A stretch of 64,000 nucleotides of DNA, from positions 28,582,001 through 28,646,000 of the forward strand of contig OZ024761.1 of the NCBI GenBank assembly GCA_964016885.1, read 5' to 3'. The position numbers and the translations under genes are program-made. The stretch comes from Eledone cirrhosa. Lineage: Eukaryota. Shown here one piece after another: positions 12,282 through 25,067 of the stretch. Positions within the stretch are counted from its first letter, which is position 1; every line of letters starts with the position of its first letter. A model generated the notes under the pieces. It ran no database searches, was not told where the DNA came from, and saw nothing but the letters and a program-made list of their open reading frames with translations.

Positions 12282-12629
12282 TCATCACACACTACCTCAC
12301 CACTCCCCAACCTCCAGCCACCTCACACCCCTCCCCTAACCTCCACCCCACACCCCTCCCTCAACCTCCACCCCACATCACAGTACACCCAACACCACAC
12401 CCCATCGTTCCTTGTCGTATTACTATGGTTATTGTTATTAGTTATCATTAAAAATATTCAATTGAAGTAATATATGTACACACTCTCTCTCTCTCTCTCT
12501 CTCTCTATCTATATATATATATATATATATATACAATATATATATAAGTTGAAAAAAAATGAAAAACGAAATTTCATTTCTCACTCTTAGTATGGCACAT
12601 ACATACTTACATTTATATATATATATATA

Positions 12630-12889
12630 TATATACAATATATTAACAAATGGAAACTATATTTATAAAACCATATTTATTTCATTATACATATTTCAAA
12701 GACACCAAATCAAATTATGGTGCGCTTTCATCAGATAAAATATAATATAGATCAGTTTTATAAACAAATATTGACATACCCTTAAAGAATGCAACCATGT
12801 CGGTTGGAAGCTCCCGGATAGTGAGTGCTTTATATCAGTTATAAAAATATTTGCTTGTTGTTTCCCAACAAATTAAATATAACTTCTAC

Positions 12890-12890
<1 letters not shown>
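12630..12890 (-). mobile_element. Penelope-derived terminal unit with hammerhead motif (HHR family B)
   Basis: Minus strand TTTTAT-CTGATGA-...-GAAATATGTATA; relatives at about 10205-10345(-), 13480-13615(+), 26842-27303 and 37665-37840(-). Confidence 0.65.
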
Positions 12891-12923
<33 letters not shown>

Positions 12924-13507
12924 GTATATGTATATAAATATATATATGTATATATATATATATATGTGTATATTTATTAAAATAACAGATTAAAGTTTAA
13001 GCAAAGAAGATCCCGTTAAGGGTGAAAGCAGCGATTCTTTGCTTAAACTTTAATCTGTTATTTTAATAAATATTTGCTCTGCGGTTCTTATATATTTGAT
13101 ATATATTTTCCTTATCGAGCCCTCTTTGGATTTTAGTCTTCAATTTTATTATTATTACTATATATGTGTATATAAATATATACATATATATGCAGATGTT
13201 ATATTTAATTTGTTGGGATACGCTATAATTGTCCTTATAACTAATATTTTCTCTCACTTAAATATAGTCACGGTTACTCTCTCCCACTGGCAAAAAATAT
13301 ATATAAACACTTCTTTTTCTCTTTCTTTTTTCTCTCTTCCAAGGGTTTAATTTAAATATACTGTTATTTAAACCTTTCCGACACTCATTTGCATACTAAA
13401 TCATAACAATAAATCTAATATCTCCACTATCCAGGAAGCTCCAGCCTCTAAGGTTGCATTTTATCAGGGTATGTCAATATTTATTTATAAAACTAATCTG
13501 TATTGTA

Positions 13508-13569
13508 TTTTATCTGATGAAAGCGCACCATAATCTGCCTTGATGGCCCTTGAAATGTGTATAATAAAA
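13508..13569 (+). ncRNA. Minimal type-I hammerhead ribozyme motif
   Basis: Stem I TTTTAT/ATAAAA, core CTGATGA and GAAA, short stem III, ATA cleavage triplet. Confidence 0.65.
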
Positions 13570-13632
13570 TATATATGGTTTTATAAATATAGTTTCCATT
13601 TGTTAATATATTGTATATATATATATATATTG

Positions 13633-13689
<57 letters not shown>

Positions 13690-13721
13690 AGATCAAAAGA
13701 TGGTTAAAGGAGTTCCATGTA

Positions 13722-13788
13722 TTTTATTATGCGCATTTCAAAAACAAACATCATCATGCAATAATATTTGTGTTTTCATCAGATAAAA
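13722..13788 (-). ncRNA. Minimal type-I hammerhead ribozyme motif
   Basis: TTTTAT CTGATGA AAACACAAAT...TTTGTTTTT GAAATGCGCATA ATAAAA with palindromic stem III ATGCGCAT. Confidence 0.75.
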
Positions 13789-13975
13789 CAGGAGAACATG
13801 ATATGAAGGCTAAAAAACACTTGTGGATAGTGCAGTTTTAAATCAACATATGAAAAGTGGTTTTAGATTGATGTGTGATATTGGGAAAAATATTTTATTT
13901 AGAGAGGGGGGGGGGGATGAAAAAGGGGAGTTGTTTTTCGCTAATTCCAAAGCTGAAATACGATTCTCGCTTATT

Positions 13976-14018
<43 letters not shown>

Positions 14019-14041
14019 ATATAAATATATTTGTGTGTGTG

Positions 14042-14081
<40 letters not shown>

Positions 14082-14176
14082 AATAAGCGAGAATTGTATT
14101 TCGGCTTTGGAATTAGCGAAAAACAACTTCCGATATATATATATATATATATATATAGATAGATAGATACAGTATA

Positions 14177-14211
<35 letters not shown>

Positions 14212-14213
14212 TG

Positions 14214-14245
<32 letters not shown>

Positions 14246-14680
14246 TATTTATATACATATATATACACACACACAAATATATATATATATATATATATAT
14301 TTATACATCTATACACATATATATATACATATATATATATACATACACACACACACCGATATACTCACACACATACACATATACATAAATACACGCAATA
14401 TATATATATATAAATAAGGTAAACAGAAATAATACAGTCGGTACAGTATATGGAAGGAATATATTAGTTAACGCTTGATATAGCAGGAAGAGGGTCTTAA
14501 CATCTTGGACGCTAGTCCTTCATCAGAAGAAAGAATGAGAAATAAGATAGATTTAGGGGACGGGTGGGTTGGAATTGGAAAAAATATCTTTAGATAAAAA
14601 TAACAGGTCCATTCATGTTGACATCTCTTTGCAAGCATGGAACACGGACGTTAAACGTTGATGATGATGATGATGATGAT

Positions 14681-15000
14681 ATATTGTTATACTTTGGGAG
14701 GGTCATGTTGCCAATAAGAAACACACGCACCAGTTGCTTTCACTTCAATTTATTATATATTTATAAATTTACGCGTAGGACAGAACAAAGGAGAGGCACA
14801 GAAACAAAGAAAGGAATCCCCAGTCACTGAAGAGGTCACAGAGTGTGTGACGAAAGAACTATGACTATATATAAACAACTATCTGGTTGTGGAACCAACC
14901 AACCAACCAGAAATTTATAAATATATAATAAATTGAAGTGAAAGCAACTGGTGCGTGTGTTTCTTATTGGCAACATGACCCTCCCAAAGTATAACAATAT
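14681..15000. repeat. 90-bp inverted repeat enclosing a hammerhead motif at 14822-14866
   Basis: 14681-14770 is the reverse complement of 14911-15000; spacer contains AGTCA CTGAAGA GGTCAC..GTGAC GAAA GAACTA TGACT. Confidence 0.85.
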
Positions 15001-15109
15001 CGGTTTCAACACACGATTTCAGATAAAGAATCTTGCTAAACAAATTCAGAAACGAAATATATATAGTTATGTAATAAACAACAGAAGATAATTATCACAT
15101 TTACCAGTG

Positions 15110-15142
<33 letters not shown>

Positions 15143-15145
<3 letters not shown>

Positions 15146-15697
15146 TGGCTGCCAACTTGTTTTCGAGTACGGCCACTACTTTGTATCCATGTAGGAGAAC
15201 CCCTACTGATGCGCTGAACGAGTGTGACTTTTTAGTCCCGCCAGCGACTTGAAAACTCTGGTACAAACACTACACTTGTGACAATTATTGACATATAGTG
15301 CTGGGTCCATGGTACCATGTGACGACAAGTGCAGAGAGATCTCCAGATATAAAGCAATGCCTGTGCCGTGAAGCTTTTATAGTGAGCAAAAGCACTGCAC
15401 AAAGCCAGTCCCACTCTCTTAACCAAGATGATATTTACCAAAAAGAAGAACAAGTCAACATCATTGGATACCATCAGGGTTGCAGGTGTTATATCAGAGT
15501 TTTCCTTCTCCTAGAATTCTGCCTTGTCAAAGGCTAAGGGTCATCTCTCCCGGTGATTTGGGATGGCCATTGACTCTTAAGAGCTCCTTTGCCCTTTGAC
15601 AGGTTTTGTTTTTAATCCTGCAGGATGTCCAAAGTCACCCTCCTTACCAAGAAACCTTGGTGGGGTTGCCAGTTTAGTCGCCAACGACCCGACCATG
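15143..15697 (-). mobile_element. About 555-bp non-coding interspersed element, copy 2
   Basis: Colinear and highly similar to 8045-8602, with the same two termini. Confidence 0.6.
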
Positions 15698-16152
15698 AGA
15701 CAGGTTGTACTGGGAATATATATACACATACAAACACACACACACATAAATTTAGAAAAATATTTTAAAACATTTGGAATTGGCAGAATCAGTAGAGCAT
15801 CGGACATCATGCTTTACGGCATAGAGTTACAACCCTTTACGTTCTGAGTTCAAATCCCGCCGAGGTTAGCTTTGGCTTTCATCCTTACAAAGGGGGGGGG
15901 GGTCGATAAAATAAAGTACCAGTAATGATCTGGGAATCTATAAAATAAAGTACCAGTAATGCACTGAGGTTGAATATAATTGCTGGCCTTGTGCCTAAAT
16001 TAAAAATAAATTTTTTCAACTTTTAGCATTTTATCATTATTGTTATATTTTTTCTATAAATCCCTAGCAAAATACATTTTAATTGGAAAATAACAGTTTT
16101 TTTATGCCGACTTAATCTCATCTCTATCCACAGTGAAGCTACATGACAGATG

Positions 16153-18465
16153 AGTGGTGGTGGTGATGGTGGTGGTGGTTGGTGGTGATGGTGGTGGTGG
16201 TTGGTGGTGATGGTGGTTGGTGGGTGGTGGTGGTTGGTGGTTGGTGGTGGTGGTGGTGGTGGTTGGTGGTGGTGGTGGTGGTGGTTGGTGGTGGTGGTTG
16301 GTGGTGATGGTGGTTGGTGGGTGATGGTGGTGGTGGTGGTGGTGGTTGGTGGTGGTTGGTGGTTGGTGGGTGGTGGTGGTTGGTGGGTGCTGGTGGTTGG
16401 TGGTTGGTGGGTGGTAGTGGTTGGTGGGTGCTGGTGGTGGTTGTGGTGGTGGTGCTGGTTGGTGGGTGGTGGTGGTGGTTGTGATGGTTGGTAGTGATGG
16501 TGGAGTTGGTGGTGCTGGTGGTGGTGCTGGTTGTGGTGGTGGTTGGTGGATGGTGGTGTGTGGTGGTTGTGGTGGTGGTGCTGGTGGTGGTGGTTGTGGT
16601 GGTGGTTGTGGTGGTGTTGGTGGTGGTTGAGGTGGTGGTGGTGGTTGAGGTGGTGGTGGGTGGCAGCGATGGGGGTGGTGGTTATGGTGGTGGCTAGGTA
16701 ATAGTGGTGGTGGTGGCTGTGATGGGTGGTGGTGGTGGTTGTTGTGGTTGGTAGTGGTAGTAGTGATGGTGGTCGTGGTATTGGTGGTGATGATGATGGA
16801 TGGTAGATGCTAGGTGGTGGTTGTGGTTTGTAGTGATGATGGTTGGTGGTATTGTTGGTGGTTGTGTTGGTGGTTGTGGTGTTGGTGGTAGTTGTGGTGG
16901 TAGTAATGATAGTTGTGGTGTTAGTGGTGATGGTGGTGATAGTGATATTTGTGGTAGTGCTAGAGGCCCTGAAAAATGTCATGGCCACTGCCTTTCCTTC
17001 CTACACCACCACCACTACACTACAACCACCACTACTACTACACAACTACTACTGTACTACAACACCTACTGTTGTTACATCATCAACAGAGCTGACAAGA
17101 TAAATGTGTTAAAATGTCTAACAAACACCACTACACCACTACAACAACACTACTACCACCACACTACAACACACTACCACCAGTACCACCACAACAACAC
17201 TACTCCCACCACCACACGACTACACTAAAACCACTACTATTACACCACCACCAGTACAACTACACTACAACCACTACTATTACACCACCACCAGTACAAC
17301 TACACTACAACCACTACTATTACACCACCACCAGTACAACTACACTACAACCACTACTATTACACCACCACCAGTACAACTACACTACAACCACTACTAT
17401 TACACCAGTACAACTACACTACAACCACTACTACTACACTACCACTACTGTACTACAACACCTACTGTTATTACATCAACAGAACTGACAGGAGGAATGT
17501 GTAAAAATGTCTAATTAAGAAACAGGAAAATTAATTAGGAACAGAATAACAATTTCTATTTCATCATTGCCCATTACTATTATAGGTGGGCTGTAGTAGT
17601 CGTGGTGGTGTAGTGTGGTAGTGGTGCTGTTGTGGTGGTGGTGTAGTGTGGTGGTGTAGTGTGGTGGTGGTGTAGTGTGGTGGTGGTGGTGGTGTAGTGT
17701 GGTGGTGGTGCTGTTGTGGTGGTGGTGACAATTTCTATTACACATTACTATTATAGGTGGGCTGTAGTAGTGGTGGTGGTGTAGTGTGGTGGTGGTGTGT
17801 CGTGGTGGTGCTGTTGTGGTGGTGGTGACAATTTCTATTACACATTACTATTATAGATGGGCTGTAGTGGTGGTGTAGTGTGGTGGTGGTGTAGTGTGGT
17901 GGTGGTGGTGTAGTGTGGTGGTGGTGGTGGTGTAGTGTGGTGGTGGTGTAGTGTGGTGGTGGTGTAGTGTGGTGGTGGTGCTGTTGTGGTGGTGGTGACA
18001 ATTTCTATTACACATTACTATTATAGGTTGGATGGTAGTAGTGATGGTGGTGTAGCTTGGTGATGTTGGTTGTTCTTGTTGTTGGTGTAGTGGTGGCGGT
18101 GGTGTAGTGTGGTGATGTAGTGGTGGTTGTTGCTGTTGGTGGTGGTGGTGGTAGTGTTTGTATTGTTGTTGTTGGTGGTAGTGTTTGTATTGTTGTTGTT
18201 GGTGGTGGTGGTGGTGGTGGTGGTGTGGTGATGGTGGTTGTTATTGTTGGTGGTAGTGATGTAGTGGTGGTTGTTGCTGTTGTTGTTGGTGATAGTGTTT
18301 GTATTGTTGTTATTGTTGTTGTTGTTGTTAGTGGTGATGTTGGTTGTTGTTGTTAGTGGTGGTGTTGTGATGTTGGTTGTTGTTATTGTTGGTGGTAGTG
18401 ACACTGGTGGTGATGTAGAGGTGGGATAGTGGTGGTTGTAGTGGTTGTGGTGGTGTTGCTGTTTG
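16153..18465. repeat. (GGT)n / (ACC,CTA)n / (GGT,GTA)n low-complexity block including a 40-bp tandem unit at 17231-17430
   Basis: ccactactattacaccaccaccagtacaactacactacaa repeated at 17231, 17271, 17311 and 17351. Confidence 0.95.
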
Positions 18466-18506
18466 TGATGCAAGGAAATGAACTTGTTGAGGTATTTATA
18501 TCTTGC

Positions 18507-18548
18507 TTAATTCTGAAGAGTCCCACAAGGATGAAACATGTAAATTAA
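18507..18548 (+). ncRNA. Minimal type-I hammerhead ribozyme with canonical core
   Basis: TTAATT CTGAAGA GTCC-CACAA-GGAT GAAA CATG TA / AATTAA; GTA triplet; palindromic stem III ACATGT. Confidence 0.8.
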
Positions 18549-18811
18549 ATTATGATATAACTAACTGTTTGGTAACATAGTTAACGCAAAAATCCACTCT
18601 ATGTGTGGAAAAGCTTGCATGTTAGGATTTCATATATATATATTTGTTTAATTGTATATAGCCTTGTGTACAGTTTATTGTCATAAATTATCGTATTTTG
18701 AGCTGATATAACTTTTTCACCTACATCTTTCCAGTTTTTATATTTGAAAACAAATTTCTTTCTTTCTTTATATATATATATATATATAGTGCAATGTATA
18801 ATATATATATA

Positions 18812-19197
18812 AATGAGGTCGTGTAGGTGTCACGACAAAAAAACACACAGTCCACGCTGTAATGTGGCCGTGTAGGTAACACGGTAAAAACCTCCCAGTC
18901 CACACTATAAACGTGGTTGATGTTAGGAAGGGCACCCAGCCGTAGAAAACCCGCCAGACGTGTTGGTGTCACAACAAAAAAATACACAGTCCACGCTGTA
19001 ATGTGGCCGTGTAGGTAACACGGTAAAAACCTCCCAGTCCACACTATAAACGTGGTTGGTGTTAGGAAGGGCATCCAGCCGTAGAAAACCCGCCAGACAG
19101 TCCTATACGAGCAGGACAACAAATCTTGCCTCGAGTGGGAAAACTCTCATCCAAACCCATGCAAGCGTGGAAGATGGACGTTAAACGATGATGATGA
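18812..19197 (+). mobile_element. RTE family A 3' UTR fragment with internal duplication of about 139 bp
   Basis: aggaagggca occurs at about 18925 and 19064; (GAT)n tail. Confidence 0.8.
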
Positions 19198-19523
19198 TAT
19201 ATATATATATATGTATATGGCGATGAATTTGTTTTGCAAGGAATTGTGCGTTGAAACAAACAGAATAGACATTATAATACAACGGGAGGAAACAATAGTA
19301 TCACTGATAATGACACAGGTGTGTGATGAAAGAACTCTGATAGACTATATATACATATTTATATCTATATTTTTAATGATTGGTCAATCAATGATAAACA
19401 TTGATTACCAGCTAAATTAACTATAGAGATATAAAATATACGGAAGCGAAAGCCAACCAAAACTAAACAGTGAGTGTGTTTTATTATATATTTCTGGCAA
19501 TATTATAACAATATGACAGCTAC

Positions 19524-19557
<34 letters not shown>

Positions 19558-19571
19558 GTATGTAAGTATGT

Positions 19572-19740
19572 AGCTGTCTTGGTGGCCTAGTGGGAAATCT
19601 TAGAGGCAGTGGAGAACCTGCTCTGGGGTTCAATCCTGGATGAGAGATACATGCAGAGTTTCCTATTAATCTTTTTCTAAGGGCGGTGCTCCAGCATGGC
19701 CTCAGCCGGATGGCTGGAACAGGTAAAAGGGTAAAAGAGT
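19572..19740 (+). mobile_element. tRNA-derived SINE family C
   Basis: A box tggcctagtgg, B box ggttcaatcc, tail gggcggtgctccagcatggcc..ggaacaggtaaaag. Confidence 0.55.
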
Positions 19741-19801
19741 ATATAATTATGTATATATATATATATATATACTTAAAATACTGCCCTTAAAATACTGCCT
19801 T

Positions 19802-19874
19802 CGATCACAGGAGGACCTGAACCGATGACCTTCAGATTAAAAGTCTGATGCTCTACCGACTGAGCTATGCAGGC
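19802..19874 (-). pseudogene. tRNA-Lys(UUU) pseudogene
   Basis: GCCTGCA TA GCTC AGTCGGTA GAGC A TCAGA CTTTTAA TCTGA AGGTC ATCGG TTCAGGT CCTCC TGTGATC G; D and anticodon arms intact, T and acceptor stems mispaired. Confidence 0.8.
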
Positions 19875-20941
19875 AGCACTGAGCTATATATATAATATAT
19901 ACTATATATTATATATATTATATATATATATTATTTATTCTTCACCATTAACATTAATATAAAAAATAATGATTATATATTTGTACACACACACATTCAT
20001 ATCTACATACATGTACGTGTGTGTACTCTTAAATTTTAATTTCAATTTTTCCTATTTTTCAACACTAAAAAACAATTAAAATTAACAAAATAAACTTTTC
20101 CTTGTTTCTATATGATATATTTTTTTTGTGTTTGTTTTAAAATGTAATTAGCAGTTTTTTTTTAAATTAATACTATTTATTTTTTATTATGTTTCTATTT
20201 ATTGTAAAATATTTTTTATTAATTTATTGTGTTAAGCTTGGTTAATTATCTGTTCTTTAATAAGTGGTAGACTGCTGTTTGGTTGGGTTCTGTTTCACCA
20301 CTACTGGTACCACCACCACCACTAACATCACTACTACTGCTACCACCACTACATCATCACTGCTACTGCTACCACCACTACATCACTACAGCTACCACCA
20401 CTACATCATCACTGCTACTGCTACCACCACTATACATCACTACTACTGCTACCACCACTACATCACCACTGCTACTGCTACCACCACTACATCACCACTG
20501 CTACCGCCACTACATCACCACTGCTACTGCTACCACCACTACGTCACCACCACCACTACATCAACACAATCACTACATCACCAACACCATGGCTACGACC
20601 ATCACCACCCCTACATCATTACTGCTACTGCTACCACCACTACGTCACCACCAACACTACATCACCACAATCACTACATCACCAACACCATGGCCACGAC
20701 CATCACCACCACTACATCACCACCACCACCACCACCACCACTACATCACCACAATCACCAACACGATGGCTACAACCATCACCACCACCACTACTACTGC
20801 TGCTACTACCACAACCACCACCACCTACACAATATATGCATCACATGTACTCTGCTCTATAACTACTCTACCGCACACCATCATTTGTTCTCTCTCGTTT
20901 ATTTCTCATTTAATTTATTATGCCCCCCCCCCCCCCTTTAA

Positions 20942-21161
20942 CCCTTTAATGTTCAAACCAGCCAAAATCAGCCTGAATTCTCTACCTCTTTCTGTTGAAA
21001 CAGGCTATAACTGGTCACTCATACTGATGTTAAGGTATTGTTCTCAAAATAAATACTTTAAAAATCTCATAAATTCAATATTATGTAAGATAATTATGCG
21101 GGGTAAAGCCTTTACCATGAAAATATAATAGTATATATAGAGTAATATGAATGCTAAAGGG
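20942..21161. mobile_element. TTAA-flanked MITE (piggyBac-like), copy 2
   Basis: TTAA|ccctttaatgtt ... aatgctaaaggg|TTAA. Confidence 0.7.
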
Positions 21162-21169
21162 TTAAAGAG

Positions 21170-21665
21170 GAGGAAGGGCAAGCAGTTTTAATCTGCCTGG
21201 TGGCCATGGCGAAAGAGATTGTGTGGTGGACAAGGTTGAAAGGGTTGAAGACGGACACTTTCCTCTCCGGCCAATCCCTGATTAACTTTTTTCAAGTTTC
21301 ACTTGAAGAGGAAAATCAGGATGGAGAGGCAACTGCTGTCTTCTAGTAAGTTTGTTGAAAGGTGGGTGAAAGTGGCGAGTCTGGTCCGAGTGAATGGGCC
21401 CGCTCTGAGTATGCGCCTGTAGTGGAAAACTGAGAGAGGGCACTTGCCCTGGTGGTCAGGGTGGCCATGGTCTTTTGTGTGGTTTTCGCCACGAGTGACT
21501 CGGAGGCTTCCCCTTTATTGGGGAATTTTTTGTTGTTTGAATTTTAATTAATATTACACATTTCTGTCTTTTTATAACCTTTTTACATGGCCAAAACCCC
21601 CTTTGTATCATCCTATGCCGTCTGTAATGTTTTTCTTCATATTAGCCTTTGTGGCCAATAAAGAA
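21170..21665 (+). mobile_element. Tx1/L1-like LINE 3' end
   Basis: AVLICLVAMAKEIVWWTRLKG...HLKRKIRMER..FVERW followed by a 3' UTR ending in gccaataaagaa. Confidence 0.6.
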
Positions 21666-21669
21666 ACTA

Positions 21670-21852
21670 TGGATTGGCAGTATCGGTAGAGCGTCAGACA
21701 CCATGCTTTCCAGCATAGTTACGTCCCTTTACGATCTGAGTTCAAATCCCGCCGAGGTTGACTTTGCCTTTCATCCTTACGGGGTCGATAAAATAAAGTA
21801 CCAGTAATGCACTGGGTAATTGCTGGCCTTGTGCCTAAAGTAGAAACAATTC
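21670..21852 (+). mobile_element. SINE family B
   Basis: Same sequence as 55352-55535. Confidence 0.85.
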
Positions 21853-21934
21853 TTATTATTCTTATTATTCTTGGTGTCTCAGTCATTGATGTTATTTAAC
21901 TAGAAAGTTTGTTGAAATGAACATCAAGCTGCTA

Positions 21935-22136
21935 CCTGCAGCCTCAGGCATCCAGGATGTTTCATACGGTTCAGTGCTGTTCCCAGCAAGCATACCTTGT
22001 GAAGTGTTCCAAAAAGGGAGCTGGACTAATGTTCTTTAACCATCCTTGAAAACACTTTCAGATAGTACCTAGTACTCCTATGACAATCGAGACAACCTTC
22101 ATGTCATGACAGTCCTAAATCCTTTTTAGTTCCCAC
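21935..22136 (-). mobile_element. R4/Dong-like (RLE clade) LINE C-terminal remnant
   Basis: Minus strand WELKRI..MKVVSIVIGVLGTI..CLLGTA, disrupted. Confidence 0.6.
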
Positions 22137-22465
22137 ATATATATATATACACACACCCTGTTTCCATTGTCTTGTCCTTTCTTTGTTAATATTCTTAAGT
22201 ATATATATACACACATACACACATATACACATATATATATAGAGATGATGATACATACACTCACACACACACACACACACTCACACGCACACGCACACGT
22301 GTACTGTAGTTTGCTAGAAGCACATCTGTCAGAAACAATTTCTAGATAGCTACAGCAATACAAATAAAATATTAAATATATATATATGTATCATATATCT
22401 ACATATATATATATTTAATATAGAAATGGCTTCTGTGATTATCCCCGATTGAACCTGGGATAAAC

Positions 22466-22500
<35 letters not shown>

Positions 22501-23637
22501 ATATATATATATACATATATAATATTTATATATTGTATATTTAATAATATATAGAGTGTGTCCGCACACTTCAACATCATTTTAATAAATATGTGTATAT
22601 ATTTTTTTGGGGGGGTGGACCCTGTATATATATATAATAATAATAATAATAATTGTTTCTACTTTTGGCACGAGGTCAGCAATTACCCCAGTGCATTACT
22701 GGTACTTTATTTTATCGACCTCGTAAGGATGAAAGGCAAAGTTAACCTCGGCAGGATTTGAACTCAGATCATAAAGGGCAGTAACCCTATGCTTGAAAGG
22801 ATGGCATCTGACCCTCTACCGATACTGCCAATCTACCGCCATCATATAATAATAATAAGAATAAAAATAATAATAACAATAATTGTTTCTACTTTTGGTA
22901 CAAGGCCAATAATAACAATAATAAACAATAATAAACAATAATAAACAATAATAAACAATAATAATAAACAATAATAATATCAAAAAGGTATTGAAATGTT
23001 ACCTTGGAAATATTTAATTAGGTTTTGGTATATTTTAGGAGTTGAAAATAAACCCTTTTTTTTTTTGTTTCCTCCAAAAAGCTATCAAGAGCTAAAAGGA
23101 CATGAGAAGATTTGGTTGCTAACTACACTAGTAGGATGCTGAATAATTAACAAACCAGTCTTTTCATGATTCTGTAGTCCTTTATCCTTTATCCTAAAAA
23201 AGGTGAGTGGGGGTAGAGAGAGGAGAGGGGAGGGCGTGTATTTTTTAAGAATTAATTATATATTTCCAAGGTAACATTTCAGCACCTTTTATAGTGTATG
23301 TATATATATATATATAGATATATATTTTATATATATATATACACACACTGTGAGTGGATAGAGAATTGGATTCGCAATCGTGAGGTTGTGAGTTCGATTC
23401 CTGGACCAGGCGATACGTTATGTACTTGAGCAAGACACTTTATTTCACATTGCTCCTTCTACTTGGAGTTGTGACCGATAGATAGTATTAGCAATTGGAA
23501 AGGCCAATGGAAACATTGTTTCCTTGGTCCGATTTGACTAAAGTCGATCGACTGTCGATATGTTGTAGTTAATACAAAGCATTTGGAGATATATAATAAA
23601 AGACCGATAATTTCCAAAAGCAGGCACAACACAGTAG

Positions 23638-23684
<47 letters not shown>

Positions 23685-23751
23685 TATATATATATATGAA
23701 TATATATATATATATAAATATATATATATGAATATATATATATATATATGA

Positions 23752-24985
23752 ATCATCATCATCGTTTTATGTCCTGCATGGGTTTGGACGGGAGTTTTCC
23801 CACTTGAGGCAAGATTTGGTGTCCTGCTCGTATAGGACTGTCTGGCAGGTTTTCTACGGCTGGATGCCCTTCCTAACACCAACCATGTTTACAGTGTGGA
23901 CTGGGAGGTGTTTACCGTGTTACCTACACAGCCAAATTACAGCGTAGACTGTGTGTCTTTTATGTCTTGACACCTACACGACCTCATTTGTTTCGGACTG
24001 GATGTTGTGGTACCAACATAAGTTCACATTTAAGGGGGTGGTGTGGATGGGGTGGGGGTAGTGGGACGGGGAGGGTGTATTTTGTTAGAGGTGCCTACTG
24101 ACTGTAGGTTTCGCTTTGTACTTAGGCAAGGCGGGTCTTCTGTATAACTGTGTGGCGCCAAAGATCTCGGTCCAGTAACAGTCTTGGAGAGGTGTAAGTG
24201 TGTGAGGTCGGAATTTATCAAGTCGACCCAAGTTTTTCTGGGTCTGCCTACTCCGTGGTTACCGTCTATTTTTATCGCCCTGCATTTTTCTATACAGCTG
24301 TCGTCTTCATGCGCATCACGTGACCGTACCAACGTAGTGTTCTCTCGAGTAAACAACATCTGATCCCTCTTATTCCTAATTTTTCACTTAGTTCGTTTAT
24401 GCTTTGCCGTTCACGTATATTACTATTACACATCCAATGGAGCATGCAAGCTTCATTTCTCTCCAGTCTGCATATATCCTCTGCACACAATGCCCAGGTC
24501 TCGCTGCCATGTAACATTGCTGTTCGTATGCATGCATCATACAGTCTGCCTTTCATTTTTAGAGAGAACCCTTTAGCGGCTAATAGTGGTATAAGCTCTC
24601 TGAACTTTTTCGATCCTGTTCTGACTCTAGCTACTGTACTTTCAGAGCACCCTCCACCACTGCTGATTTTGTCACCCATGTAACGGAAGGTGTCGACTAT
24701 TTCTATAGAACCATCTGGGCAATGGAATGAGCTAGTATTCTGTGGGCTCTTGCTGCTACTTATTGCACCAGAGCACCGGCCACATATAAAATCTGTATTC
24801 TTAGTTAGCTTACCTGGGATCCCACTACATCATCTATGCACCCATACTTTGCATATGGGACATATAATGGAGTTTCTACCTACTCCTTTCCTACACACTG
24901 AGCATGGCCATTTCCCAGATGGGACCGGTGCCCTATTTTCCTTCCTACAAACTAGAACTTTAGTCTTAGACAAGTTAACTTTAAG
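23752..24985 (-). mobile_element. 5'-truncated, disrupted RTE family A copy
   Basis: Reverse complement of 10980-12243 with frameshifts; ORFs 24290-24679 and 24030-24359 match the RT thumb region. Confidence 0.95.
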
Positions 24986-25067
24986 TTATATATATATATA
25001 TATATGAATATATATTATATATATGAACATATATATATATGAATATATATATATAAATATATATATA

